Below are positions 36,754 through 47,893 of a DNA stretch of 64,000 bases, piece by piece. Positions within the stretch are counted from its first letter, which is position 1; every line of letters starts with the position of its first letter. Made by a program: the position numbers and the translations under genes. Below the pieces are notes generated by a model, which searched no databases, was not told where the DNA came from, and was given only the letters and a program-made list of their open reading frames with translations. Origin of the DNA: an uncultured Clostridia bacterium (GTDB taxonomy: Bacteria > Bacillota > Clostridia > Christensenellales > UBA1242); the NCBI GenBank assembly GCA_944381135.1, contig CALWJY010000001.1:90595-154594 (forward strand), written 5' to 3'.

Positions 36754-38049
36754 TTAAAGGACATATTTTTTGAGGTCAAATTGTTGTTGTTTGTCCTTGA
36801 AGACATTTTTCACATAGTTTCTGTCAATCATAACATCAAGCATTGGATGTTCTCCCGTTGCATTGAAAGACACATCTTCCAAAACTGTCTCCATGATTGT
36901 GTGAAGTCGTCTTGCACCCAAGTCTTCACTTGTTTCATTTTCTCGCTCAGCCATCTCGGCAATTTCATCAAGCGCATCATCCTTGAAAACAAGATTGATG
37001 TTGTCCACCTTAAGCATGTTGGAATATTGCACCGTGACTGCATTCTTTGGTGTTGACAAAATTTTCTTGAAATCTTCTTTTGTCAAGCTTTCAAGTTCCA
37101 CTCTGATTGGAAAACGTCCTTGAAGTTCTGGAATCATGTCCTCAATTTTTGAAACATGAAAAGCCCCCGCTGCAATGAAAAGAATAAAATCTGTCTTGAC
37201 ATTGCCATACTTTGTTGGAACTGTGCTTCCTTCAACGATTGGTAAAATGTCGCGTTGAACACCCTCTCTTGAAACATCTGCAGTTGTGCTTGCCTGACTT
37301 TTTCCAATGATTTTGTCAATTTCGTCAATGAAAATGATGCCCTGCTCTTCTGCAAGCGCAATTGCTTCTTCATTAACATTGTCCATGTCGATGATTTTGT
37401 CTGATTCTTCTTGCAACAGCACTTCACGCGCATGTCGAACGCTCATTTTCTTTTTCTTGTGTCTTTGTGGAGCAAGTCCATCAAACATAGAACCCAGAGA
37501 AATTTCGTTTCCGCCAATGGCCATCATTGGTTTTGGACTTTCAAGCACAGAAACTTCAATGATTTCATCCTCGCATTTTCCCGAGTGCAATTCCTCAAAA
37601 AGTGTTTCTCTGTTGACTTCGGTTTGCGTGACGCGTCTGTTTTGGAACAATGCATCCACGATTTTGTTTTCAACAATTGGCATAACCTTGTCTTCAACTT
37701 CTTTCTTTTTGTTGTCCTTGACCATTCTGACAGCAACTTCCACAAGGTCACGAACCATGCTTTCAACATCACGCCCAACATAGCCAACTTCGGTGTATTT
37801 TGTTGCTTCAACTTTCACAAATGGCGAACCAACAAGTTTTGCAAGACGCCTTGCAATTTCTGTCTTACCAACACCCGTTGGACCACTCATGACAATGTTT
37901 TTTGGTGTGATTTCATCACGAACTTCAGCAGGAAGTCTGCTTCGGCGATAGCGATTTCGAAGCGCAACAGCCACCGCTCTTTTCGCTTTGGCTTGTCCGA
38001 CAATGTATTTGTCAAGTTCGCTTACAATTTGTTTTGGTGTATAGTTCAT
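36754..38049 (-). CDS. hslU: ATP-dependent protease ATPase subunit HslU
   Basis: MNYTPKQIVSELDKYIVGQ, Walker A GPTGVGKTE, IIFIDEIDK. Confidence 0.9.
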   Translation of the reverse strand: MNYTPKQIVSELDKYIVGQAKAKRAVAVALRNRYRRSRLPAEVRDEITPKNIVMSGPTGVGKTEIARRLAKLVGSPFVKVEATKYTEVGYVGRDVESMVRDLVEVAVRMVKDNKKKEVEDKVMPIVENKIVDALFQNRRVTQTEVNRETLFEELHSGKCEDEIIEVSVLESPKPMMAIGGNEISLGSMFDGLAPQRHKKKKMSVRHAREVLLQEESDKIIDMDNVNEEAIALAEEQGIIFIDEIDKIIGKSQASTTADVSREGVQRDILPIVEGSTVPTKYGNVKTDFILFIAAGAFHVSKIEDMIPELQGRFPIRVELESLTKEDFKKILSTPKNAVTVQYSNMLKVDNINLVFKDDALDEIAEMAERENETSEDLGARRLHTIMETVLEDVSFNATGEHPMLDVMIDRNYVKNVFKDKQQQFDLKKYVL

Positions 38050-38068
38050 TTCAACCTCCATTTTTCAA

Positions 38069-38608
38069 TTAAAGTTTTTCAACAATGATGTTGTCGTTTG
38101 TGAACACGCAAATTTCGCTTGCAATCTTAAGTGCTTTATATGCAATTTCAGAAGCGGAATATTCCGTGTTTTGAATCAACGCTCTTGCAGCAGCCAAAGC
38201 ATAGTTTCCACCCGAGCCAATTGCACAAATTCCGTCTTGTGGTTCGATGACATTTCCTGCACCATCAAGAATGAGAATTTGTTTTTTGTCAGCAACAATC
38301 ATCATTGCCTCAAGTTGTCTGTGAGCCTTGTCTTCTCTCCAAGTTTGAGCCAACTCTACAGCACTTCTCATGAGGTTTCCTGCAAATTTGTTAAGCATAC
38401 CTTCAAACCTTTCGCTGAGCGAAAAAGCATCCGCAACAGAACCGGCAAAACCAATCACTACGCTGTTGTTGTAGATTCTGCGCACTTTTCTTGCATTGCT
38501 TTTGAAGATGATGCTGTTTTGCATTGTCACCTGTCCATCACCAGCAACGGCAATTTCATCACCACGCTTGACAGCACAAATTGTTGTTCCTTTAAAAATA
38601 TTTTCCAT
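38069..38608 (-). CDS. hslV: ATP-dependent protease subunit HslV
   Basis: [18 protein letters not shown] has the N-terminal Thr nucleophile pattern. The ORF-track N-terminal extension overlaps the upstream gene. Confidence 0.9.
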   Translation of the reverse strand: MENIFKGTTICAVKRGDEIAVAGDGQVTMQNSIIFKSNARKVRRIYNNSVVIGFAGSVADAFSLSERFEGMLNKFAGNLMRSAVELAQTWREDKAHRQLEAMMIVADKKQILILDGAGNVIEPQDGICAIGSGGNYALAAARALIQNTEYSASEIAYKALKIASEICVFTNDNIIVEKL

Positions 38609-39851
38609 AAAGTTTCTCCTTAAATTTTTCGACTTGAGACTTTGAAAGAATTTTTTGGATTTGTTCTTCTCTTCTAAATTTTTCCAAGTCCTCATCATTC
38701 ATTATATCATATTTCAAATTAAATAACCTAAATTTTACAACACTTTTTTCCAACAAACTTTTGACAATTTTTCCTATGCAAGTGTTATCAAGCAAAAGGT
38801 CGCACGCACTGCTTCCCAAGCGGTCACAAACCAGACAATATGCACAATAGTTTGCCACAAGCAGACTTTCAAAACTGCCCGCGGTCCCCGCAAGCCCGCC
38901 ACAGACATAAATTTTTTCATCAATTTGCATGTGATTGTTGATACAAGTTGGACTTAAGAGAAATGTTTTTCTCATCACTTTGCTGAACTTCAAAATCTTG
39001 CAATTTTCAAGCGCCGGAATTGTTCGGACAATTTCACTTTGCTCTTCTTCGTCCAATCCAGAACAGAAATCTTCCACAACCAAAATTTTGAAATGCGGAA
39101 CATATTTCATCTTCAAACTTGCATAGCATTTGTTGTTTTCATCAAAATGAGGTCTCAAAATAGAGTTTCTCAGCGCTTCGCCCGACCTTCTTGCCACACT
39201 TTCAATTGTGATTTGTCGTTCTTTTTCCAAATTTTCAAGTTTATCATATTTTTCGTCAAATTCAATTGTTTTGTTGTGAAAAGCGCGATATTCTGCCTCA
39301 CTCAAATTTGCATAGCATTCAAAATCGGAAACAAAATTGAGGTTATCCAAATTCACACTTCTTGCGTCAATCACCATTTTTTCAGGCTGATAGAAACACA
39401 GGTGCATTTTTCCAATATAGTTTTCCAAATCGGACAAAAGAGTTGCATCTGTGTTGTGCCCGGTTGCCACAATTGTGGTTTCGGTGTTGTTGATATTTTC
39501 AATCGACGCATTAAAAATTTTGATTTTGACATTCGATTCCAACTCTTTTCTGACAGCCATCATAAAATTTTCGTCATATTCAAAACCAAAATTTTGAAAA
39601 TCATATTTTTTTGCGATGAAAAAGAGTGGACTGCTTAGGCAGTCTAACTCAAATCTCATGTTTTCAATCATAAAATTTTGGAAACGGTCATAATAGCCAA
39701 AAGGTGTTTTAGGACGGTTTTTGCCATTGTCGAAAATGTGAACATCAAAACCATTGTTGGCAAGAATAAGCGCAACTTCCGCTCCTGCCAACCCACAACC
39801 AATCACCTTGATTGGCTTTTTTGAAAATTTTGGTGCCACACTTTCAATCAC
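38592..39851 (-). CDS. trmFO: TrmFO-like FAD-dependent tRNA (m5U54) methyltransferase homolog, divergent
   Basis: [16 protein letters not shown] motif, ELDCLSS (compare ELVCSNS), [46 protein letters not shown]. Conserved synteny topA-trmFO-hslVU. Confidence 0.65.
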   Translation of the reverse strand: MIESVAPKFSKKPIKVIGCGLAGAEVALILANNGFDVHIFDNGKNRPKTPFGYYDRFQNFMIENMRFELDCLSSPLFFIAKKYDFQNFGFEYDENFMMAVRKELESNVKIKIFNASIENINNTETTIVATGHNTDATLLSDLENYIGKMHLCFYQPEKMVIDARSVNLDNLNFVSDFECYANLSEAEYRAFHNKTIEFDEKYDKLENLEKERQITIESVARRSGEALRNSILRPHFDENNKCYASLKMKYVPHFKILVVEDFCSGLDEEEQSEIVRTIPALENCKILKFSKVMRKTFLLSPTCINNHMQIDEKIYVCGGLAGTAGSFESLLVANYCAYCLVCDRLGSSACDLLLDNTCIGKIVKSLLEKSVVKFRLFNLKYDIMNDEDLEKFRREEQIQKILSKSQVEKFKEKLYGKYF

Positions 39852-40004
39852 TCTTTCGCTTCGTCACCCTCCACCATATTTTTTATTGTCAAGCATTTTT
39901 GATTTGTGCTTTTCACGCATTCTTCAGCATTCTTCAAACAAACCGATTTGTTTTTTCCTTTGGTTTTTCATTTTTCAAAAAATCTGGTCCAAACTTCAAA
40001 AATT

Positions 40005-42107
40005 TTAATCTGGACTTGTTTGAGTCGCGTCATCTTGACTTGGCTGTTCAACCTTATAGTCACAAGCGGAGCATTTCACAAGTTTGCCTTTTCGGATGAG
40101 ATATTTTCCGCACTTTGGACATTTTTCTCCGGTTGGAATGTCCCAACTCATAAAATTGCATCCGGTTCTGTCCTCGCAAGCATAGAATGTCTTTCCGCGT
40201 TTGCTTCGCACTGCATAAACATTTTTTCCGCATTCTGGACAAACACCAACAGGTTTTCTGGCATTTTGATTTTCTTCAGTTTCAAGAGGTTTGACATTTT
40301 TGCATTTTGGAAAGTTTGAGCAACCCAAAAATTTGCCATATCTCCCCTCACGAATCACCATTTTGTGCCCGCATTTTTCGCAAACAATGTCTGTCTCGAC
40401 AGGTTGGGCTTTCATGGTCACACTGCTTGAGTCAGCATTCTTCAAAAGTCCCTTAAACCCATTCCAAAAACTGTCAACCACGCTGTGCCACTCGTCTTTG
40501 TTTTCTGCAATGTCATCCAAGCGGTTTTCCATGTGAGCGGTGAACTTCACGTTGATGACGCTGTTGAAGAACTTTTCAAGGTATTCAATGATTTTTCTGC
40601 CAAGTTCGGTTGGAACAAGATAGCGCCCATCCTTTGTGCAATAGTTTCTTGCAGTCAAAATGGTGATGGTTGCAGCGTATGTTGCAGGACGCCCAATTCC
40701 CTTTTCTTCCATGGCTTTCACCAAGCTGGCCTCGGTGTATCTTGCTGGTGGTTTAGTGAATTTTTGTTCTTCCTTGATTTCCAAAACTTTCAAAATTTCG
40801 TTCTCAGAAAGTTGAGGAAGTTTTGAAATGTCTTGCTTTTCTTCGTCAGTATATTCCTTATAAACCGCCGTGAAACCAGCAAATTCAAGTGTTTTTCCGC
40901 TGGCTTTGAAAGTGTAGGACCCCGCATTGATGGAAACATTGACATTGGAATATTGCGCCTCACTCATTTGGCTGGCAAGGAAACGCTCATAAATGAGTTT
41001 ATAGAGCCTATAATTGTCTTTGCTGAGCGAATCTTTCACCATTTCCGGCGTCATTTGCATGAAAATTGGACGAATTGCCTCGTGCGCGTCTTGAGCATTT
41101 TTCTTTGTGGCATAAATGTTTGGTTTTGCAGGAACATAATCTTTGCCAAATTTTTCAGCAATAAAATCTCTGCACGCGTTTTGTGCGTCAACTGAAACAC
41201 GCGTGGAATCAGTTCTGATGTAGGTGATGAGCGCAATTTTACCCTCGCCTTTCACCTCCACACCTTCATAGAGTTCTTGTGCTGAAGATGTTGTGCGCTT
41301 AAGACTCATGCCAAGTTTGTTGAGTGCGTCTTGTTGCATCGTGCTGGTGGTGAATGGTGCTGGCGCGTGTGATTTTGTGTTGCTCTTCTTGATGTTGTCA
41401 ACAACAAAATCTGAGGCTTTAATTTCTGTAAGCGCCTTTTCAACCTCTTCTTTGTTTGAAAGTTTAATTTTCTTGTTTTTGAAGTTTGTCAGTGTCGATT
41501 TAAACTTGATTTTGTCCTTTTCGTGAAAAGCAGTCACAGTCCAATATTCTTCTGGTTTGAAGTTTTCAATTTCTTTTTCGCGCTCCACCACAAGTTTAAG
41601 TGCAACAGACTGCACCCTGCCCGCAGAAAGTTTTGGTGCAATTTTTTTGGAAAGAATTGGTGAAAGTTTATATCCCACAATTCTGTCCATAACACGCCTT
41701 GCCTGTTGTGCGTTGACAAGATTGAGGTCAATTGCGCGCGGTTCGTTCAACGCTTTCAAAACTGCTTTTTTGGAAATTTCATTAAATTGGATTCGGCACT
41801 TTTTGTTTGGGTCAAGCCCAAGCACGTTTGCCACATGCCAAGAAATTGCCTCACCTTCGCGGTCCGGGTCGGTTGCAATCAGAACTTCATCCGCTCTTTC
41901 GGCTTTTTTCTTAAGTTCGGAAATCAACTCTTTCTTGTCTGGGTTGATTTCATAGTGAGGTTCATAGTTGTTGTTTAAGTCTATGGCAAAAGATTTTGCC
42001 GGCAAATCACGAATGTGACCTTTTGTGGCAAAAACCTCATATCCATTTCCTAAATATTTTTTCAAAGTCTCCCTTTTTGCAGGAGCCTCAATCACAACAA
42101 GTTTCAA
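40005..42107 (-). CDS. topA: DNA topoisomerase I
   Basis: Toprim start MKLVVIEAPAKRETL, active-site region YIRTDSTR, three C-terminal CxxC...CxxC zinc ribbons. Confidence 0.95.
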   Translation of the reverse strand: MKLVVIEAPAKRETLKKYLGNGYEVFATKGHIRDLPAKSFAIDLNNNYEPHYEINPDKKELISELKKKAERADEVLIATDPDREGEAISWHVANVLGLDPNKKCRIQFNEISKKAVLKALNEPRAIDLNLVNAQQARRVMDRIVGYKLSPILSKKIAPKLSAGRVQSVALKLVVEREKEIENFKPEEYWTVTAFHEKDKIKFKSTLTNFKNKKIKLSNKEEVEKALTEIKASDFVVDNIKKSNTKSHAPAPFTTSTMQQDALNKLGMSLKRTTSSAQELYEGVEVKGEGKIALITYIRTDSTRVSVDAQNACRDFIAEKFGKDYVPAKPNIYATKKNAQDAHEAIRPIFMQMTPEMVKDSLSKDNYRLYKLIYERFLASQMSEAQYSNVNVSINAGSYTFKASGKTLEFAGFTAVYKEYTDEEKQDISKLPQLSENEILKVLEIKEEQKFTKPPARYTEASLVKAMEEKGIGRPATYAATITILTARNYCTKDGRYLVPTELGRKIIEYLEKFFNSVINVKFTAHMENRLDDIAENKDEWHSVVDSFWNGFKGLLKNADSSSVTMKAQPVETDIVCEKCGHKMVIREGRYGKFLGCSNFPKCKNVKPLETEENQNARKPVGVCPECGKNVYAVRSKRGKTFYACEDRTGCNFMSWDIPTGEKCPKCGKYLIRKGKLVKCSACDYKVEQPSQDDATQTSPD

Positions 42108-42166
42108 AATTAAACTCCTTAAATAATTGTTTGTGTCATCAGCAAATCTTCTGCCTCAAATTAAAC

Positions 42167-43243
42167 TTATGACGAAACGAGAGCATATGTTTGCGCTGGC
42201 AACTTTCTTATTAAACCACGAATTTCCAAAGTTGTCAAACAACTGTTCAAAATATTCACAGGAATTTTGGTTTTTTCTGCCAAAAAGTCAAAATTTTGTT
42301 CTCCATTCTCCAACAATTTGACAATCATTTGCTCGTCAAAGTTCAGCGAAAGCGCTTTTTTCTCTTGCACTTTCTTGGTTAAATCATAAAATTCAACGAT
42401 GTCATCCGGCGAAAGCGCACATTCTGCCTGCGCCGTTTTGATGAGATGATTTGTCAGTTCACTTTTGCTGTTTGTGATGTTTCCCGGCACAGCAAAAATG
42501 TCTTTGCCATACAAAAGAGCAAACTCTTTGGTGTGCACCGTTCCACTTTTCATCCCCGCTTCAGTGATAAGCACGCCGTCAGAAACGCCCGCAACAATGC
42601 GGTTTCTGCGCGGAAAAGTGTATCTCTTCGCCTCAAAAGATGGTGGATATTCCGAAAGCAACAGCCCTTTTTCTGCAATTTCTCTTGCAAGTGAGACATT
42701 TGTTGCAGGATAGATGTGGTTGAAACCACTTCCAATTATGGCAATTGTTTTTCCGCCAACTTCCAAAGTGCTTTTGTGTGCAATGGAATCCACTCCATAG
42801 CAAAGACCACTGACAATCACAAGTCCACTTTCAGCAAGACATTTTGCAAATTTTTCGGTGATGATTTTTCCATAGTTTGATGGCATACGCGTGCCAACAA
42901 TGGCAAAACATTTCTCATCCAAAAGTGACATGTCGCCTTTTGCATAAAGAATGAGTGGTCGGTCTGGCAAATCAATCAAACTTTTTGGATATTTTTCCGA
43001 AAAGACTGTCACAATTTCAATTCCGCAGTTTTTCATGTTTTGAATGCTTGCATCAAGCACTTGTGGGTCATATTCCCTTTCCACCTTCAAAAATTCATCC
43101 ACTGACAAAATTTTTTTTGTCATTGGATGTGCAAAAACTGCATCCATGGAAAAATTTTCCAAGCACTCCAAAAACTTTTCCTGTTTTTTGTTTGGAATTT
43201 CACACATGGACATAAAAATTAAAAATCTGTCTCTTAAATCCAA
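42167..43243 (-). CDS. dprA: DNA processing protein DprA (Smf)
   Basis: FAIVGTRMPSNYG, SGLCYGVDSIAH, AGMKSGTVHT. Confidence 0.9.
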   Translation of the reverse strand: MDLRDRFLIFMSMCEIPNKKQEKFLECLENFSMDAVFAHPMTKKILSVDEFLKVEREYDPQVLDASIQNMKNCGIEIVTVFSEKYPKSLIDLPDRPLILYAKGDMSLLDEKCFAIVGTRMPSNYGKIITEKFAKCLAESGLVIVSGLCYGVDSIAHKSTLEVGGKTIAIIGSGFNHIYPATNVSLAREIAEKGLLLSEYPPSFEAKRYTFPRRNRIVAGVSDGVLITEAGMKSGTVHTKEFALLYGKDIFAVPGNITNSKSELTNHLIKTAQAECALSPDDIVEFYDLTKKVQEKKALSLNFDEQMIVKLLENGEQNFDFLAEKTKIPVNILNSCLTTLEIRGLIRKLPAQTYALVSS

Positions 43244-43385
43244 AATTTTTCTCCGATTAACTTTGTTTGAATTAATTTTGTCATCGCTTTTGTTTGTTAA
43301 ATTAAATTTCTCAATTTGAAAGTTCTTAATTTAAAAATTGTTCATTTAAAATTTTTTAGTTAAAACATCAATTTAAAATTAAAAA

Positions 43386-44927
43386 TCAAATGCTCCAATA
43401 TTTTCTGTCCAAGCCACGATATGAAATTGCTTCTGCAATATGCTGAGGTTGAATTTCCTCACAACCTTCAAGGTCTGCAATGGTTCGTGCAACTTTCAAA
43501 ATTCTGTCATGTGCCCGCGCGCTCAGTTTCAAATTTGTGAAAGCGGTTTCCATCAAATCTTGACAATCTTTGGAAAGCACACAAAACTTTTTCATCTGAG
43601 GCACCGACATTTTTGCATTGGAATAGGTTTTCGAATTTTTAAAGCGCTCAAGTTGCACTGCACGCGCCTTGTCCACGCGCTTTTTTATGTCTGCCGAGCA
43701 CTCTTCCTTTTGCGTGCTGTTAAGTTCGCCATAAGTGATGTTGTCAACTTCCACTTGAATGTCAATTCTGTCCATGATTGGACCCGAAATTTTGGAAAGA
43801 TATTTATGTATCTGCACCGGCGAACATTTGCACTCACGGTCTTTCGAGCCATAGTTTCCACAAGGACAAGGATTCATGCTGGCAATAAGCGTGAAATTTG
43901 CTGGATATGTGATGGTTTGCATAGCTCTTGCCACCGTGATTGAGCCATCCTCAAGCGGTTGTCGGAGCGTTTCAATCAGTTGACGCGAATATTCAGGAAA
44001 TTCGTCCAAATAAAGCACACCATTGTGTGCAAGGCTGATTTCACCCGGCTTGCTGTGGTTTCCACCGCCCGTCAAACTGACTGTTGTGGCTGTGTGATGA
44101 GGTGTCCTGAAAGGTCTTTCAGTGATGATGCCTTTCTTCAAATCAAGTTCACCCGCAATAGAATGAATTTTTGTAACCTCAAGCGCCTCTTCAAAAGTCA
44201 AGTCTGGCAAAATGCCCGAAAAACACTTGGCAAGCATGCTTTTTCCACTTCCAGGAGGACCAATCATCAGCACATTATGCCCACCCGCAGCGGCAATCTC
44301 CAACGCGCGTTTTGCCTGAGCCTGCCCTTTAACATTCTCAAAATCCAACTTGTTGTTACTTTCTCTTACAACTTCATCAAAAGTTCGCGTTTGAATTTTC
44401 TCAATTGGATGTTCCGTCTCGTCGTTCAAAAATTCGACAACTTCTTTAAGCGTGTGCAGCGCATAGATGTTCATGCCATCAATAAAGCGCGCCTCTTCCT
44501 CGTTTTCCTTTGGAATTATGACATTCTTAAACCCCAACGAGCGCGCACTTATCAAAATTGGAAGCACTCCGCGCACTTTTTTAATCGTGCCATCCAAGGA
44601 AAGTTCTCCAATGAAGACAAAGTTTTGATATTTTTTCGTTTTAATTTGCTCTGAGGCGGACAAAATTCCCACCGCAATGCCAAGGTCATAGAGCGGACCC
44701 TCTTTCTTTATGTCTGCCGGCGCAAGATTGACTGTGTAGTGCTTGACAGGATATTCAAAGCCCGAATTTCGAATGGCAGATTTCACCCTTTCTTTTGCTT
44801 CTTTCACAGCCGTGTCGCCAAGCCCCACAATGTCAAAATGAGGAACACCACCAATTATGTCTGTTTCAATCTGAACAGCATATCCATCAATTCCAATCAA
44901 TCCAAAACTTAAAACTTTCGATAACAT
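43386..44927 (-). CDS. comM: Mg-chelatase-like AAA protein YifB/ComM
   Basis: FGLIGIDGYAVQIETD, Walker A GPPGSGKSM, GVLYLDEFPE, C-terminal LSARAHDRILKVARTIADL. ATG at 44927 follows AAAGGAAAG. Confidence 0.9.
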   Translation of the reverse strand: MLSKVLSFGLIGIDGYAVQIETDIIGGVPHFDIVGLGDTAVKEAKERVKSAIRNSGFEYPVKHYTVNLAPADIKKEGPLYDLGIAVGILSASEQIKTKKYQNFVFIGELSLDGTIKKVRGVLPILISARSLGFKNVIIPKENEEEARFIDGMNIYALHTLKEVVEFLNDETEHPIEKIQTRTFDEVVRESNNKLDFENVKGQAQAKRALEIAAAGGHNVLMIGPPGSGKSMLAKCFSGILPDLTFEEALEVTKIHSIAGELDLKKGIITERPFRTPHHTATTVSLTGGGNHSKPGEISLAHNGVLYLDEFPEYSRQLIETLRQPLEDGSITVARAMQTITYPANFTLIASMNPCPCGNYGSKDRECKCSPVQIHKYLSKISGPIMDRIDIQVEVDNITYGELNSTQKEECSADIKKRVDKARAVQLERFKNSKTYSNAKMSVPQMKKFCVLSKDCQDLMETAFTNLKLSARAHDRILKVARTIADLEGCEEIQPQHIAEAISYRGLDRKYWSI

Positions 44928-45170
44928 TCTGCTTTCCTTTAAACAATTCAAATCAAGTATAGCAAAATTTCGTTTGAAAACAAAACGATTTCAAAAGAAA
45001 GCAAAAATCGCCGAAAATTTTGCAAAAAACATTAAAAAAACAAGCCGAAACAAATTTACAATTCGTTTTGACCTGTTTTTAGTTTTTCATTTTATATTTG
45101 CCATTTTGATTGGCATCTTAAATTTCTCGTTGCATCGCAAAACCGCTAAAAACCAAAACAGTTCAAGAAA

Positions 45171-45548
45171 TCAATACAAAATCATGCCGGCAACAAATGC
45201 TGCAGCAACAGCAAAACAAAATGCAATCACAAACCACTTGACAAATTTTTCTCTTCGCAATTTTTTGTGGAAGTCTTTTCGATATGACTTTTCGCTTGCG
45301 TCAAAAACCTCAACGGAAATGTTTGCCGAAATCAGTTTTTGTGCTTTATAGATTTTAAATCTTTCTTCAAGTTCTTTTTGATAGGATGTGAAATATTTAT
45401 AAATTTGCCATCCACCCCAAAACAAAGTAAGAAACAAAAAGCATGTCATCACAAAATATGCAAAGCCTGTCCAATAGGTGTTTAAAATTGCAAAAATTCC
45501 TGCCAAAACAACCAATATTGATGTGACAATGTATGGAACTTTGTTCAT
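45171..45548 (-). CDS. hypothetical small membrane protein
   Basis: 125 aa: 2 N-terminal TM helices, a charged middle, one C-terminal TM helix. No family recognised. Confidence 0.5.
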   Translation of the reverse strand: MNKVPYIVTSILVVLAGIFAILNTYWTGFAYFVMTCFLFLTLFWGGWQIYKYFTSYQKELEERFKIYKAQKLISANISVEVFDASEKSYRKDFHKKLRREKFVKWFVIAFCFAVAAAFVAGMILY

Positions 45549-45710
45549 TTTCTCTTTTAATCTTTCCTCTTATCCTAAAGTTTTGATTTTTTCAATCTTT
45601 TGCAAGTTGGCTATTTACCCGCCTCTGCCCGCCTAAGTTGCTTACCCCGCTTAAATTAAATTGATTTCAACCTTTGTCGAATCTCTTTTTCATGCAAAAA
45701 TTTTTCATTG

Positions 45711-46082
45711 TCAAATGATTGCAAAAATCCAGATGACAACAATTGCCACAGTGGCAACAATCCAGCAAATCAGCCACCAAATGTTGTGCTTGTTCCATCC
45801 CGAACCGCGTTTGCGCAGTGTCCAATAGAGCCCAAGCCAAATGCAGATAATGTATGCCAAACACTCGCCGACAGCCTGAAAAGCGTCCGCAACTGTTGGA
45901 CTATGTTCCTGAAAAATTAATCTCAAAATCAACGCAATTGCAATGAACATAATGGCAAAATATGCCACACAATCCAAAATTTTTGTTGAAGACCATGTCC
46001 TTTTGGGTTTTGTGCTTTTTTCATTTGCAGTGGTTGTTGTTTGTTCAGATTGTGAAGAAATTTTTTCTTTCTTTTCAGACAT
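45711..46082 (-). CDS. hypothetical small membrane protein (W-rich TM helices)
   Basis: ATG at 46082 lies 5 nt after AAAGGAGAAG. Polar N-terminus then three hydrophobic helices. Confidence 0.55.
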   Translation of the reverse strand: MSEKKEKISSQSEQTTTTANEKSTKPKRTWSSTKILDCVAYFAIMFIAIALILRLIFQEHSPTVADAFQAVGECLAYIICIWLGLYWTLRKRGSGWNKHNIWWLICWIVATVAIVVIWIFAII

Positions 46083-46172
46083 ATTCACTTCTCCTTTTTC
46101 GTCTTAAACATTTAAATGTTCTTCATCTGCAGACTTCAAGTCAGAAACATTGACAACACATCCCACAAGATT

Positions 46173-47756
46173 TTATTTTGCAGTTTCCGTGAATCTGCTT
46201 TCGCGGATGACATTAACCTTGATTTGTCCAGGATATTGCATTTCATTTTCAATTTTTTGTGCAATTTCCTTTGCCATAAACATTGCTTCGCTGTCAGAAA
46301 TTTGGTCTGGTTTCACAATGATTCTCACTTCGCGACCCGCCTGAACGGCATAAGATTTTTCAACGCCCTTGAAGCCATTTGCAATTTCTTCAAGTTGTTG
46401 CAGACGCTTGATGTAGTTCTCAAAAGAATCTCTTCTTGCGCCCGGTCTTGAACTTGAAATTGCGTCAGCAACTTGAACAATCACCGCTTCAATTGTTTTA
46501 AATTCAACATTGAAATGGTGTGCTTCAATGCAGTGAACAACTGCTTCGCTTTCGCCACATCTTCTTGCAAGTTCGACACCAATTTGAACATGAGTGCCTT
46601 CAAGTTCGTGGTCAAGCGCTTTTCCGATGTCGTGAAGAAGCCCACCACGCTTTGCAATCTTGACATTTGCACCCATTTCGCTTGCAAGAAGCCCTGCAAT
46701 GATGGATGTTTCAATGGAGTGTTTCAACACATTTTGCCCATAACTTGTGCGGTATTTCAAACGCCCAAGCGTCTTGACAAGTTCTGGGTTCAGATTGAAA
46801 ATTCCGGTTTCGTTGCAAGCCTCTTCGCCTGCCTGTTTGATTGTTTTGTCAACTTCTCTTTGCATTTTTTCGACAATTTCTTCAACGCGCGTTGGATGAA
46901 TGCGCCCATCAGAAATCAGTTTTTCAAGAGAAAGCCTTGCAACCTCACGCCTGATTGGGTCAAACCCCGAAATTGTGATGGATTCTGGCGTGTCATCCAC
47001 AATCAGTTCAACGCCCGTTGCAGCCTCAATTGCGCGAATGTTTCGTCCTTCTCGACCAATGATTCTTCCTTTCATTTCGTCATTTGGAAGAGCCACTGTT
47101 GAAACCGTCATTTCGCTTGTGGTTTCGGTTGCACAGCGTTGCAACGCCTGACCGATGATCCAGCGTGCTTTGTTTTCGCCTTCTTCTTTTGCTTCGTCCT
47201 CAATTTTCTTGACGATGCCTGCCGCCTCTTTCTGCGCGTCATTTCTCATGCTTGCAATCAGCATGTCTTTTGCCTCTTGCTTTGAAAGTTTGGCAGTTTT
47301 TTCAAGTTCTTCCAAAATTTGTGCACGAGTTTGTTCTTGTTCTTCTTTGATTTTTTCAACCTGTTCACGAATTTCCTGAACTTGTTTCTTTTCTTCGTCC
47401 AATTGGTCGCTTTTTTTGTCGACCGCTTGTTCTTTTTTCTCGATGTATTCTTCTCTTTGATTGAGGCGTTCTTCAAGTTTGACAACCTCGTTGCGACGCT
47501 CTTTGACTTCTTGTTCAACTTCGTCTTTCAACTTTTGAGATTGCTCTTTGCTTTCGATGATTGCCTCTTTTTTGATTGTCTTCGCCTCTGCATACGCATC
47601 TTCAATGATTTTTATGGCGTTAGATTTATTTTTTTGCAGTTTTTTGTTGCTGTAGATTTTGTAAGCCACAAAACCAGCAACGCAACCCACAATAAACAGA
47701 ACTATTGCAATCACAGACACGATTGCAGGGGTGACATCAAGCAACATTAATTTCAT
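46173..47756 (-). CDS. rny: ribonuclease Y
   Basis: N-terminal TM, long E/K coiled coil, KH domain GRIIGREGRNIRA, HD domain HSIETS...LHDIGK. Confidence 0.9.
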   Translation of the reverse strand: MKLMLLDVTPAIVSVIAIVLFIVGCVAGFVAYKIYSNKKLQKNKSNAIKIIEDAYAEAKTIKKEAIIESKEQSQKLKDEVEQEVKERRNEVVKLEERLNQREEYIEKKEQAVDKKSDQLDEEKKQVQEIREQVEKIKEEQEQTRAQILEELEKTAKLSKQEAKDMLIASMRNDAQKEAAGIVKKIEDEAKEEGENKARWIIGQALQRCATETTSEMTVSTVALPNDEMKGRIIGREGRNIRAIEAATGVELIVDDTPESITISGFDPIRREVARLSLEKLISDGRIHPTRVEEIVEKMQREVDKTIKQAGEEACNETGIFNLNPELVKTLGRLKYRTSYGQNVLKHSIETSIIAGLLASEMGANVKIAKRGGLLHDIGKALDHELEGTHVQIGVELARRCGESEAVVHCIEAHHFNVEFKTIEAVIVQVADAISSSRPGARRDSFENYIKRLQQLEEIANGFKGVEKSYAVQAGREVRIIVKPDQISDSEAMFMAKEIAQKIENEMQYPGQIKVNVIRESRFTETAK

Positions 47757-47893
47757 ATGCAAAATCCCCCTTAAAAAGTGTGCGCCCCCATGACGAAAAA
47801 TAGGGGCAACCCCACTTCACAAACAAGTTTACCCCTTTTTGCCCACCTTTGTCAAACAAAAGAATGCAAAAATGATAAATAATTCAAATATAT

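Noticed and set aside
37411-38088. Long plus-strand ORF (225 aa) antisense to hslU. Similar long antisense ORFs occur at 29407-30012, 39039-39638, 43959-44654, 46473-47102, 49478-50302 and 51894-52568.
   Set aside because: Each lies entirely opposite a confidently identified conserved gene. Their translations are low-complexity (F/L/C/K-rich) with no motifs. They are shadow ORFs, expected in AT-rich DNA with biased codon usage.
44974-45351. 125-aa plus-strand ORF (TTG start) overlapping the 45171-45548 minus-strand membrane protein gene.
   Set aside because: It has a non-ATG start without an RBS. The minus-strand ORF gives a coherent TM topology and follows the local gene orientation.
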